Assembly: GCF_002506515.1 (NCBI RefSeq)
Contig: NZ_DAXS01000068.1
Span: forward strand, 20,927 to 84,926
Length of the DNA: 64,000 nt
From: Caldivirga sp. UBA161
Lineage (GTDB): Archaea; Thermoproteota; Thermoprotei; Thermoproteales; Thermocladiaceae
Direction of reading: 5' to 3'
Under the pieces are notes generated by a model. That model was not told the origin of the DNA, did not search any database, and worked only from the letters and a program-made list of their open reading frames with translations. A program made the translations under genes and the position numbers. This document shows positions 41,655 to 51,494 of this stretch, one piece after another; within the stretch, counting starts at the first letter, position 1, and every line of letters starts with the position of its first letter.

Positions 41655-42744
41655 GGTAATGAAGTTGAGCCACTGGAGTGAATCACTCGTTGTTGATGTT
41701 AAGTTGAACCTTGGCTTAATTAATGAGGATGTACCTGGATTATCAAGGGTACTGGTTAATCTATGGAAGTGGTCCAGAGGAATCATGGAGTTGGAGAAGA
41801 GTGGTGTAACAATATCATTCAATAACTCATGGGATCAATTAACAGTGTCAATAAAGACGCATAAAGGTAATTCAAGCTTACTTAAGGGCCTTTGGGATGC
41901 GTTAACTAGGGTTGACTTAAGCCTACTGGATAGGGCAATCAATGAGGCGTCGACACAGATTAATGTGGCTAGGGAGGATACTACAGCGAGGGCAATGGCT
42001 GAGGCTTTAAGGGGTTTAATGCCTGATTCACCATATGGGAATCACCCAGAGGTTCTTCTTGGAGTCGACTTAAGTAGGATTAAACCAGAGGACGTGAGAA
42101 GGGCATTAGATAACTTAGCCTATTACTCAGTAACCGTAGTAGGTGGTGATGTTGAAATTAGTGGCTCCCCAGCTAATGCTAAGTGGCCCAGCGTGAAGGG
42201 ATATGGGGGCGGTGAGGTTAATGTTAAGTTAAGTGATAAGGTTCAAAGCACCATTGCTGTTGCCTATCCTGCTGACTCAATATATGGTAGGGTCTTCAAT
42301 TACATGGCTTTCAACACACTCCTTGGTGGCATGGGTTTAATTAGTAGGCTTTACGTGGAGATTAGGGTTAAGAGGGGGCTAGCCTATTACGCCTTCTCAA
42401 CATATGTACCCCTAGGTGGTGTTGGATTCCTAATTGCGTTAGTGGGTACTAGGGAGAAGCATGTTAATGAGGTTAAGGAACTTATACTTAAGACAACTGA
42501 GTCAATGAGCATGGTTAATGATCATGATGTTGAAATGATTAAAGGCAATCAGAGGGGGAGGTTAACAGTCAGGGCTGAGTCACCGGAGGGGCTGGCGCAA
42601 ATGTACTCAATAATACCACTATACGGTTTACCTGAGGATTACTATGCAAGGTACGTTAACTTCCTAACTACCCTTAAGAGTAGTGACATAGCAAACATCA
42701 CCAGTGAGTTAAGGCACCATTACATAGCTGTGGCTGGCCCTTGA
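41647..42744 (+). CDS. M16 peptidase, non-catalytic partner subunit
   Basis: LLGGMGLISRLYVEIRVKRGLAYY; no HxxEH; overlaps upstream gene. Confidence 0.85.
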   Translation: MAKVMKLSHWSESLVVDVKLNLGLINEDVPGLSRVLVNLWKWSRGIMELEKSGVTISFNNSWDQLTVSIKTHKGNSSLLKGLWDALTRVDLSLLDRAINEASTQINVAREDTTARAMAEALRGLMPDSPYGNHPEVLLGVDLSRIKPEDVRRALDNLAYYSVTVVGGDVEISGSPANAKWPSVKGYGGGEVNVKLSDKVQSTIAVAYPADSIYGRVFNYMAFNTLLGGMGLISRLYVEIRVKRGLAYYAFSTYVPLGGVGFLIALVGTREKHVNEVKELILKTTESMSMVNDHDVEMIKGNQRGRLTVRAESPEGLAQMYSIIPLYGLPEDYYARYVNFLTTLKSSDIANITSELRHHYIAVAGP

Positions 42745-42746
42745 AA

Positions 42747-43643
42747 TTAACCTGGCTCAACATGAGTATTCACAGACACTACTGATTGTATATTCTTCAT
42801 TATATCATTCTCAAGTTCATCCACAATCCTATGAGCTTCATTAACACTATACCAACCCGGAACCTTAACAATGAGGTCTATCGCATATCCATTACCAGTA
42901 TTCTTAACCTTAACATCAGAAACTGATACATTATGATATCTAGCTATACTATATACCCTATTTGTTATTTCTGGGTTAATTTGATCAAGTAGAACATTCA
43001 TTGACTCCTTAAAGTAATTAACTCCCAAATATATTAGGTATGCTGCAATAGCTAGAACTGCAATAGGTTGAATAATTGGCATCATTAATGAGACTACCAT
43101 TACTGCCGCTATTAGTAACGCATCCAGTAAGTCAGCTATGGCATGCCTAAACTCAAGTTTAAGTATTAAGTCACCAGTTTTAATGTACCCAATCCTCAGG
43201 TTAATTAACCTACTTAATACTAGGCTGGCAACAATAATAATGATGTATAATGAGTCTAAGGGTAACTTCTCAACAATACCTTTAGTAATATTAATGATGG
43301 ATTCAGCCACTAACCAAAGTGATGCACCCATTAATATTATTGCAACAGTATACATTGATAAGTACTTATACTTAAAGTGACCATAGGGGTGATCCATGTC
43401 AGGCGGCTTTAAGGTTGGCCCAAGCCCAATGTATAATGAGCTTAATATGACTACGTCAAGCATTGTGTGTAGGCCATCAGCAATAAGCACGGGTATATTC
43501 ATGGTTACTCCAGTTAAGAGCTCAATAATTGAGGTAGCGCTAACTAGTAGTGTTGCTACCTTTACATAGAACCTGACCTTACCATTCATTGTTACTACCT
43601 CATTACCACTAATCCGCTGGTTCTTAAATAAGTTTTCATTCAT
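42747..43643 (-). CDS. Cation diffusion facilitator (CDF) transporter
   Basis: ADGLHTMLD, PPDMDHPYGH, HAIAD, EAH..D.LE, HVEP. Start could be 43589. Confidence 0.92.
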   Translation of the reverse strand: MNENLFKNQRISGNEVVTMNGKVRFYVKVATLLVSATSIIELLTGVTMNIPVLIADGLHTMLDVVILSSLYIGLGPTLKPPDMDHPYGHFKYKYLSMYTVAIILMGASLWLVAESIINITKGIVEKLPLDSLYIIIIVASLVLSRLINLRIGYIKTGDLILKLEFRHAIADLLDALLIAAVMVVSLMMPIIQPIAVLAIAAYLIYLGVNYFKESMNVLLDQINPEITNRVYSIARYHNVSVSDVKVKNTGNGYAIDLIVKVPGWYSVNEAHRIVDELENDIMKNIQSVVSVNTHVEPG

Positions 43644-43758
43644 ACTCGATTTCGATAACGATATAGATTTCGAATTTATAAACCTAACCCCATTTAGGCT
43701 ATCAAGTAACTTAAAGAAGAGAACTGCTTATTAACCTAGGGTAGCAGTTAGTTAAGTA

Positions 43759-44337
43759 GTGGTTAGTGAGGAATTTATTAACGAAGCATTAAGCAGGATT
43801 AAACCTGGTGAAGTATTAGTAACGTACACTAATGAGCAATCATCGGTGGATATTAATGATATTACTTTGATTAAAGTTAATGCAAATGATGACGAGTACT
43901 CAATATTAAGGTTAATAGCCATAGCTAAGGCACATAATGACCCAGTATTAGTATCCAAGTGGATTATACCTAATGAATTAGCTAATAGGAAGTATAGTAG
44001 GGTCGGCAGCTTAACGCTCCTAAGTAGGATAATTGACTACATTTTAATAGAATCTGGATATGATGATTACGTTGCCAGATCCTTTAATGAGCAGGAGTTT
44101 AGGCGAATACTCACTAATGGGCCTCAGGACTTGAAGTTAAGGGCACTTGAAGCCCTGGGTTTAGATGTACCATTCAGCTTCAGGATGGCTAATAGGACTG
44201 ATGATATTGATAATGCTATTAGGGGATTAAGTGGAGGATTCGTAAGCAAGTACCTTGACTTGAGGAGTTATTTATTTAACAATATGGCTCTAGAGTACTT
44301 ACTTAATTACTTAGACCTATTGTTTAAGAATGCCTAA
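43759..44337 (+). CDS. Hypothetical protein
   Basis: 192-aa ORF with TATA-like CTTATTAA upstream; no motif recognised. Confidence 0.6.
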   Translation: MVSEEFINEALSRIKPGEVLVTYTNEQSSVDINDITLIKVNANDDEYSILRLIAIAKAHNDPVLVSKWIIPNELANRKYSRVGSLTLLSRIIDYILIESGYDDYVARSFNEQEFRRILTNGPQDLKLRALEALGLDVPFSFRMANRTDDIDNAIRGLSGGFVSKYLDLRSYLFNNMALEYLLNYLDLLFKNA

Positions 44338-44459
44338 ACTTTAACTATGCCTTAACTTTATATTTAATTAGAAATACCCTAAATATTATGTGATAAAATA
44401 ATCTTAAGTCAAGAAAAACCCACGGAAAAACTTTAAAATAAGGGTAAGTAAAGCAAACT

Positions 44460-45389
44460 ATGATAACAATAGTGGGATCAGGTAGAGTGGGTGCAACAGC
44501 GGCGGCTTTCCTAATGTTCTATGAGTTAGATAATGAATTAACCCTAATAGATATAGTAAAGGGCCTGCCTCAAGGTGAGGCCCTTGACCTTAATCACGCT
44601 GCAGCAATATTAGGGAAGTCTGTTAGGTATAAGGGTAGTAATGATTATAAGGACATGGAGGGAAGTGACATTGTAATAGTTACTGCCGGCCTCGCTAGGA
44701 AGCCAGGCATGACTAGGGAGGAGTTAGCTGGTAAGAATGCTGAGATAGTTTCATCAATTGCAGACCAGATTAAGAAGTATGCCCCTAATTCAATAGTAAT
44801 CATTACAACTAACCCACTTGACGCAATGGTTTACGTACTGTATAAGAGGCTTGGATTCCCGAGGAATAGGGTTATTGGCTTCAGCGGTGTCTTGGACTCC
44901 AACAGGATGGCTTACTATGCATCCCAGATAATTGGAATAGCCCCAGAGTCAATAATACCAGTTGTACTTGGGCAGCATGGTGAAAACATGTACCCTGTCC
45001 CTGAAGCATCATTCGTATATGGTAAGCCCCTTACTGAATTCCTAACTCAGGAGCAGTATAATGATATTGTTAAGAAGACCATTCAGGCAGGCGCTGATAT
45101 AACTAGCCTAAGGGGATTTAGTAGCAACTGGGGTCCAGCAGCTGGCTTGGCCTTAATGGTTGATTCAATAAAGAAGAATAGGAAGAGGATTTTCGAAGCT
45201 TCAGTGTACCTTGATGGTGAATACGGTGTTAGGGATGTCTTCGCTGAGGTTCCTGTTGTGCTGGGTAAGAATGGTGTTGAGAAAATAATTGAATTAAACC
45301 TAACCCCAGAGCAGAGGCAGAAGTTTATGCAGAGTATTGAGGCTATTAAAAAGAACCTAACTCAAGTACCACCACAATACCTTAAGTAG
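44460..45389 (+). CDS. mdh: LDH-like malate dehydrogenase
   Basis: GSGRVG, GEALD, TAGLARKPGMTRE, TNPLD, LDS.R, GQHGE. Confidence 0.95.
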   Translation: MITIVGSGRVGATAAAFLMFYELDNELTLIDIVKGLPQGEALDLNHAAAILGKSVRYKGSNDYKDMEGSDIVIVTAGLARKPGMTREELAGKNAEIVSSIADQIKKYAPNSIVIITTNPLDAMVYVLYKRLGFPRNRVIGFSGVLDSNRMAYYASQIIGIAPESIIPVVLGQHGENMYPVPEASFVYGKPLTEFLTQEQYNDIVKKTIQAGADITSLRGFSSNWGPAAGLALMVDSIKKNRKRIFEASVYLDGEYGVRDVFAEVPVVLGKNGVEKIIELNLTPEQRQKFMQSIEAIKKNLTQVPPQYLK

Positions 45390-45431
45390 GCGGGTTAAGT
45401 TAATTAAACCCAATCAACCACCCTTTTACCA

Positions 45432-46484
45432 ATGACCTTATTAAATAGCAGTGACGTTAAGGATCTATTAATTAATTTACTGAGAATATATAGTCCAAGT
45501 GGTGAGGAGGGGAGGATTGCAGAGTTTATTTTAAGCTTCCTTAAGCAACATGGTGTTGACGCTTGGATTGATGAAGCCGGCAATGTGCTTGCAATTAGGG
45601 GTAGTGGTGAACGGGTTTTATGGCTTCATGCACACATGGATACTGTACCAGGCTTCATTGAGGTTAGAGAGGGGGGTGATTTAATTTACGGTAGGGGGGC
45701 TGTTGATGATAAGGGGCCGCTTACATCAATGATTACTGCCTTCCTTAACTCTAAACCTGATGTAACATTAGTGTTAACCCTAGTGACAAGGGAGGAGGGT
45801 GATAGCTTAGGTTCATTAAGCCTAATTAAGAGTAATCTCCCCAAGCCTGATGGCGTAATCGTCGGTGAGCCAACCAACATGCACATAGCCTACTCATATA
45901 GGGGGAGCGCTAGGGTTGAGGTTAAGTGCCTTGGTCAAGGGGGCCACACAGCTGGACCTGGGGTTGAGGATAACCCAATATTAAAGGTTTACAAAGCCTT
46001 CAGTAATATGGCTAGTAGGCTTGGTAACGGGCAATCAACCGAATCATACACAGTAACACCCACACTCATTAATTGCGGTGATCACCCAAGTAAGGTACCA
46101 ACTGAATGCACAATGATTGTTAACGTTAGGATACCGTTAAACTCATCATGTAGGGAATTAAGTAATACAGTCAAGGATGTTGAGTGCGTTAAGATTATTG
46201 ACTGCACAGACCCAATAATAGTTAATGTGAATAACCCAGTGGTTAGGTCACTGGTAAGGGCAAGCTTAAGAAACAATGTTAAGCCAATACTATCCAGGAA
46301 ATTGGGTACGAGTGATATGGCTATTTTAGCCAAGTTAACACTAAACCTAGCAGCCTATGGGCCAGGGGACCCAACACTCAGTCATGGACCCATTGAATAT
46401 ATTAATATCAATGACGTTATGTTAGCCAGCAACATCCTCATTAATGTTATTGATGAATTCAGCCGCATAACCATACGGAATTAA
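45432..46484 (+). CDS. lysK: M20 family [LysW]-lysine/ornithine hydrolase (LysK-like)
   Basis: YSPSGEE, HMDTVPG, YGRGAVDDKGP, REE, GEP, GTSDM, AYGPGD..LSH..E. Confidence 0.8.
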   Translation: MTLLNSSDVKDLLINLLRIYSPSGEEGRIAEFILSFLKQHGVDAWIDEAGNVLAIRGSGERVLWLHAHMDTVPGFIEVREGGDLIYGRGAVDDKGPLTSMITAFLNSKPDVTLVLTLVTREEGDSLGSLSLIKSNLPKPDGVIVGEPTNMHIAYSYRGSARVEVKCLGQGGHTAGPGVEDNPILKVYKAFSNMASRLGNGQSTESYTVTPTLINCGDHPSKVPTECTMIVNVRIPLNSSCRELSNTVKDVECVKIIDCTDPIIVNVNNPVVRSLVRASLRNNVKPILSRKLGTSDMAILAKLTLNLAAYGPGDPTLSHGPIEYININDVMLASNILINVIDEFSRITIRN

Positions 46485-46619
46485 GCTAAGGCATTAATGT
46501 TTAAAGGCTAGTAATTTAACTAAGGTATTACTAATAGTGGTAGTTTGTGAACTAAGTATTGAGCAGTACATTAAGTTCACTGACTTACAATTCTGATTTT
46601 CCTAATTCAGTAGTATGTA

Positions 46620-46785
46620 CTATCTTATACTTCCGCACAATATACTCCAGTAACAATGGCTGCATTAACAACTACTAACCCAATATAAGTACAGCACTAA
46701 TAATAGGCTTAGTGATTATGTTATTGTAATAATATATCGTAATAATATTAAGAAAATTAGAAAAATTAAGAAGACGAGAAATTAA
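46620..46785 (+). pseudogene. Frameshifted remnant of the C-terminal T-rich linker/TM anchor of a surface or solute-binding protein
   Basis: Switching frames reads SYTSAQYTPVTMAALTTTNP / STALIIGLVI / VIVII / VIILRK..LRRR, interrupted by stops and indels. Confidence 0.4.
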
Positions 46786-46810
46786 AATATTTTAAATCAT
46801 TTTAACGTTA

Positions 46811-47767
46811 TTAAGGTATTATTACTCCTTTTATATATTCCCTTGGCTTCTTTGAGGCGTATTCTAATGCTTCCTGTAGCTCATTAAGTCTCCATTTATG
46901 GGTTATGAGTTTCTCCTGGTTAAATACTCCTCTTTCAAGTAGTCTAGCAGCTATCTTTAAGTCAATGGTGGCGTATTCATCTCCTGATCTGGCTGGCACT
47001 GCCATTACTAGGTCTATTCCTTTAGCATCCCATATCCTGAAGTTAACTTGAACTGGGAGGGAGTGGTAGCTAACTATACTTAACCTACCCCTCTTACCAA
47101 TAATCCTGGTGGCTAAATCAACCCCGCTTGGGTTTCCACTAACCTCGAATACAACATTGAAGCCGTTACCGTCGGTTAATTCCTTAATAGCCTTATCAAC
47201 ATCATCTACACTAGGGTTAATTATCGCTGTTGCTCCAAATTCCTTAGCTAACTTAAGCCTATCATCAATAATATCGAAAGCCGCAAGCTCGCTGAAACCC
47301 ATACCCCTCAAGGCTTGGATGAGTAGTAAGCCCATGTAACCTGAACCGATGACCGCTACGTAATCCCCAAGCCTTGGTTGAGTAACCCTAACCACATTAA
47401 CTATTGCAGCTAAGGGTTCACCAATAGCGTATTCATAAGGTATGTTGTTAGGTATTTTCGCAACGCTACTAGCCTTAGCCACTAGGTAATCTGCATAAGC
47501 CGGTGATCCAATAGCCATAATCCTATCCCCAGGCTTAAGAGCGGTTACATTAGGCCCAACTTCAACAATATCCCCAACGGGTTCATGCCCAAAGGGAGCT
47601 GGCAACGTGAACCATACCGGTAATCCCTTAAACGCATAAATGTCACCACTACATATTCCCGTAGCCCTCACTCTAATTAATACTTCACCGTCACGGGGCT
47701 TAGGCATATCATACTCCTCAATCCTAACTAAGCCTGCTGAAACCAGGACACCAACCCTATTTCTCAT
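46811..47767 (-). CDS. Zn-dependent MDR dehydrogenase (sugar/polyol-type, no structural Zn lobe)
   Basis: GICSGD, GHE, EPLA, GSGYMG; four-Cys lobe absent. Confidence 0.85.
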   Translation of the reverse strand: MRNRVGVLVSAGLVRIEEYDMPKPRDGEVLIRVRATGICSGDIYAFKGLPVWFTLPAPFGHEPVGDIVEVGPNVTALKPGDRIMAIGSPAYADYLVAKASSVAKIPNNIPYEYAIGEPLAAIVNVVRVTQPRLGDYVAVIGSGYMGLLLIQALRGMGFSELAAFDIIDDRLKLAKEFGATAIINPSVDDVDKAIKELTDGNGFNVVFEVSGNPSGVDLATRIIGKRGRLSIVSYHSLPVQVNFRIWDAKGIDLVMAVPARSGDEYATIDLKIAARLLERGVFNQEKLITHKWRLNELQEALEYASKKPREYIKGVIIP

Positions 47768-47883
47768 AATTACGGGTACCTTATAGAAGTATTAAAGTCT
47801 TGATTAAGGGAAGATGAAAGATTCCTGAACTAGTTTAAAATTAATCCTTCCATAAATAGTGAGTTTTATGGCTACTTTACCAA

Positions 47884-48789
47884 TTAGATCTCAATAATCA
47901 TATTATCCTTAGCAACTAAGGTGCGTGGGAAAATATCACTAGCGCATTTTAAGAAGTCCCAGTAGTATTCGTAACCATACCTAAAACTCATGTGAGTTAG
48001 TATAAGTAACCTAGTGTTAGCCTCCTTAGCGTCTAAGGCAGCGTCTAGGCATGTTGAATGACCTCTGCTCTCTGCTTCCTTGGCGTCATTAGGTAAGTAT
48101 GTTGAATCATGAATAAGTACTGATGAGCCCTTAGCTAACTTAACCACACCATCACCTGGTGATGTATCACCAGTGTACACCACCTTTATCGATCTATCAC
48201 CTACATTGCTCATCACCATGGATGGTTCAATAACCCTACCATCAGGTAGAGTAATAGCCTCACCCATTTGAATCCTCCTCCAGTAGGTTACCGGTATACC
48301 TAATTCCCTAGCCTTATTTGGATTAAACCTACCAATCGGCCTCCTTAATGTTATTGAGTATGAATTATTTTGAATAGTGTGGTAGGTCGTTACGTATCTT
48401 AACTCCAGGTTATCCATTGATTCAATTAAAGTAACGTCGCTGGTTGGTTTAAGTTCAATAATGTTGATTCTGAATGATGAATTAATTGGGGTTGGTGTAA
48501 AGTCGCTTATTCCCACTGGGCCTATTACGGTTACTGGGGTAACTCTATTAAGCATTAGCATTGTTGCAAGTAGGCCTGGGAGGCCATTAACGTGATCAGC
48601 GTGAAGGTGAGTAACCATTATGTGCGTTAACTTAAGTGGGCTAACCCCAATACCCTCAAGCCTCTTAACAGTACCCTCACTGGGGTCAATGAGTATCCTA
48701 TACCTATCAACCTCAATTAACACACCTGGTAATTCCCTACAGGGCCTAGGTATAGCTCCACCTGAACCTAGGAAAACTATCTTAAGCAC
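47884..48789 (-). CDS. rnz: Ribonuclease Z
   Basis: FLGSGG, EGT, THLHADH, exosite arm, YTGDT, HDSTY, HST, LTH.S.RY. Confidence 0.93.
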   Translation of the reverse strand: MLKIVFLGSGGAIPRPCRELPGVLIEVDRYRILIDPSEGTVKRLEGIGVSPLKLTHIMVTHLHADHVNGLPGLLATMLMLNRVTPVTVIGPVGISDFTPTPINSSFRINIIELKPTSDVTLIESMDNLELRYVTTYHTIQNNSYSITLRRPIGRFNPNKARELGIPVTYWRRIQMGEAITLPDGRVIEPSMVMSNVGDRSIKVVYTGDTSPGDGVVKLAKGSSVLIHDSTYLPNDAKEAESRGHSTCLDAALDAKEANTRLLILTHMSFRYGYEYYWDFLKCASDIFPRTLVAKDNMIIEI

Positions 48790-48875
48790 AGGCTAGCTAA
48801 CTTTCAGCCCAATTTAACTAATGCTGCATAGTGAAACATTAAGTAACCGGGTTACATTCATGAAGTATTATTACC

Positions 48876-49448
48876 TCATTTACATTCATCGCCAGTACAT
48901 ATTATAATAACTCCATCTTTATTACTATTCTCATCACCTTCCCCCCCATTGGTGAATGTTTGAGTTATTATTGGTATTGCACGTGTAAGTTTATTTAAAT
49001 TACCTCTACCTTGAATTATTAACCATGTCATTAATGCTATACCCATGTTGTAGAGCACGATACCGAAGCCAATGTACTTATCCCCAATTACACCTTGACC
49101 GTAAACCTCAACCATTATTGCTGCGTGGTTAGCCATAACTACGTAGGTGTAGTACGCTAAAACTATGAATGCACCTACGGCATATATTAGCAGCAGCCAT
49201 GAACTGGCTCTACTTCTAGCGTTTTTGATGAAGAAAATTGTTGATGCTAGTGATAATGAATCAAAGGATAGGAGTGAGGCTAGTATAAGTGCATCAAGTA
49301 CGATATTAAATTCAGCGCTGCCATATATCCATAAGTGTATCAATAGGTAATCTATTGTGTAAGTAATAGCTAGTACCGTGATTATGCCTCCCCAATACAA
49401 TATGTTAATTATGGCTTCTGGAATTGGGCTACTTTGGCTTTGGCTCAC
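48876..49448 (-). CDS. Hypothetical 4-TM membrane protein
   Basis: Hydrophobic segments; TATA-like element upstream. Confidence 0.6.
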   Translation of the reverse strand: MSQSQSSPIPEAIINILYWGGIITVLAITYTIDYLLIHLWIYGSAEFNIVLDALILASLLSFDSLSLASTIFFIKNARSRASSWLLLIYAVGAFIVLAYYTYVVMANHAAIMVEVYGQGVIGDKYIGFGIVLYNMGIALMTWLIIQGRGNLNKLTRAIPIITQTFTNGGEGDENSNKDGVIIICTGDECK

Positions 49449-49607
49449 AGGTTAGTTACCTTACAACCCTTTTTTAAGTATTACGCTAATATTATTTAAA
49501 TATATCGGTCATGCATATATGGTTTATAAATGGCTGAATGTTGAAGCCAAGTGCATTTATGGGATATTGTAAACTTAAACTTTTAATTAACTTGGTGATA
49601 ATCAAAA

Positions 49608-50312
49608 TTAATTTTTAGCTAATCTTATGACTTCGAAGTCATTATCCCTAAGCCTAGATATGAAGCCATCCTTCTCAAGGTTTGCTAGAGCTTTACTTAG
49701 GTAGGATAATGGTACTTTAAGAATTTCATCACCATACCATTCACTTAACTTATCAGTTAATTCCACTAGACTCCAATTAACCTTATTACTGACCTTATAC
49801 TCATCATTCATTATCCTCTTAATGAAGTTAGATAAGTCTTCAACAAGGTTCCACGGATACATGAACCATACCCAATCCTTAACCTCATAGGCGTAATAAT
49901 CTGGTTTAAATTTAGCCACAGTGGATATCCATTGTAAGGCACCTGTCCTAACATCAGCATTAGGCCACCTTGAGAGAACATGATCCCTAGCAATTATTAC
50001 GCTGTCACCGGTGTCAACAATATCATCAACCACTAGTACTTTCTTACCGTTTAAGTCTATTTGGGCGATAGGATACTTAATGTAAGCCTTCTCTAAAGCC
50101 TGAGCACTACTGGGCCAATGCACAACCTGCAGGCTAACTAAGTCATTAATACCCAGGTTATCGCAGAGTAGCCTAGCTGGGATGTAACCTCCCCTAGCTA
50201 TTGCCACCACTACATCGGGAAGCCACTTGCTTTCAATTATCTTATTCGCCAGGGTTAAAGCCCACGTTACTATATCATCCCAGCTAACCAACTTAACCGG
50301 AACCTTAACCAC
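49608..50312 (-). CDS. Purine phosphoribosyltransferase (type I PRT) with C-terminal extension
   Basis: VAIARGG, VLVVDDIVDTGDS, PDYY, W..YPW. Start moved to GTG 50312. Confidence 0.88.
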   Translation of the reverse strand: MVKVPVKLVSWDDIVTWALTLANKIIESKWLPDVVVAIARGGYIPARLLCDNLGINDLVSLQVVHWPSSAQALEKAYIKYPIAQIDLNGKKVLVVDDIVDTGDSVIIARDHVLSRWPNADVRTGALQWISTVAKFKPDYYAYEVKDWVWFMYPWNLVEDLSNFIKRIMNDEYKVSNKVNWSLVELTDKLSEWYGDEILKVPLSYLSKALANLEKDGFISRLRDNDFEVIRLAKN

Positions 50313-50382
50313 AATTAATTTTAAAGGAATGCCCTGATTTATAAGTATTAAGCCACGTTTAAATAGAGTTAAGTGATGGCTC

Positions 50383-51303
50383 TTAATCACCCTTAAGTAT
50401 TAGTTTAAGGAGGGCCATCCTAAGGGGTACGCCTAGGGCCGACTGCTTGAAATACTTGGCATATCTTGTTGAGTCTAATCTATGATCAACCTCATCAACC
50501 CTAGGTAATGGGTGAAGCACTATTAACGTATCCTTAACGCCAATTAATGATTCTGGAGAAACCTTAAAACTCCCCTTAACCCTCTCATACTCCACTGGGT
50601 CAGGGAACCTTTCCCTCTGTATCCTAACCACGTAGAGTACGTCTAATTCACTTAAAACCTCATTAAGGTTTAAATGAAGGCTGTAACTCATTCCTCTCAT
50701 ATTCATGAAATCCAGGAGCTCCCTCCTAGGTTTCAGTATTTCAGGGGATATTAAGCGTAGCTTAACCTTAAAGTTGCTTAGTAATTGAATAAGGGATGTA
50801 ACAACCCTAGCATACCTTAAATCACCTAATATACCTATTGTTAAATCATCTATTCGCCCATACTCCCTCCAAATAGTGTATGCATCGAGCATTGCTTGAG
50901 TTGGGTGATTCTGAGTACCATCACCAGCATTTATTACCGGTACAGTAGCTATGTCGGCTGCATACTTAGCTGCACCCTCGAGGCTATGGCGTATGACTAT
51001 TACGTCTGAGTAGGAGTCAAGCATCCTAATAGTATCACCAAGGCTCTCACCCTTAGCCACTGATGAAGCCTCCACTGAACCGAAACCTAATACTCGCCCA
51101 CCAAGCCTTAGCATAGCAGCCTCAAAGCTTAACCTAGTTCTGGTGCTTGGTTCAAAGAATGCAGTAGCCATTATTTTACCATCAAGTATATTTAACTTAG
51201 ATTTAGCGTAATTCTCCATTTCCTGAGCCTCATTGAATAACTGCATTAAATCCTCCCTATTGAAGTCCAGGGATGAGATGACATCCCTATTTAACCAAGT
51301 CAA
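50383..51303 (-). CDS. pyrB: Aspartate carbamoyltransferase catalytic subunit
   Basis: [40 protein letters not shown]. Confidence 0.97.
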   Translation of the reverse strand: MTWLNRDVISSLDFNREDLMQLFNEAQEMENYAKSKLNILDGKIMATAFFEPSTRTRLSFEAAMLRLGGRVLGFGSVEASSVAKGESLGDTIRMLDSYSDVIVIRHSLEGAAKYAADIATVPVINAGDGTQNHPTQAMLDAYTIWREYGRIDDLTIGILGDLRYARVVTSLIQLLSNFKVKLRLISPEILKPRRELLDFMNMRGMSYSLHLNLNEVLSELDVLYVVRIQRERFPDPVEYERVKGSFKVSPESLIGVKDTLIVLHPLPRVDEVDHRLDSTRYAKYFKQSALGVPLRMALLKLILKGD

Positions 51304-51494
51304 GAGACCCTCACCTACTGTTAACCCAGTGTATAGAGTGTATTTAAATCATCACCATAAATGATTATGGCATGTAGTTCTCATGGTGCAGTTACGTGAA
51401 TAATGAATTAATGCTCCCTTAACCAATGGCTGAGGAGTAAGGTGCGGCAATGAAGCAGGAAACTCCACTTAAAGTGAAGTAGATAGCCTGCAAA

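Noticed and set aside
47810..47830. GATGA-N7-CTGA K-loop-like motif
   Set aside because: Single motif on the strand opposite both flanking genes, with no second box pair.
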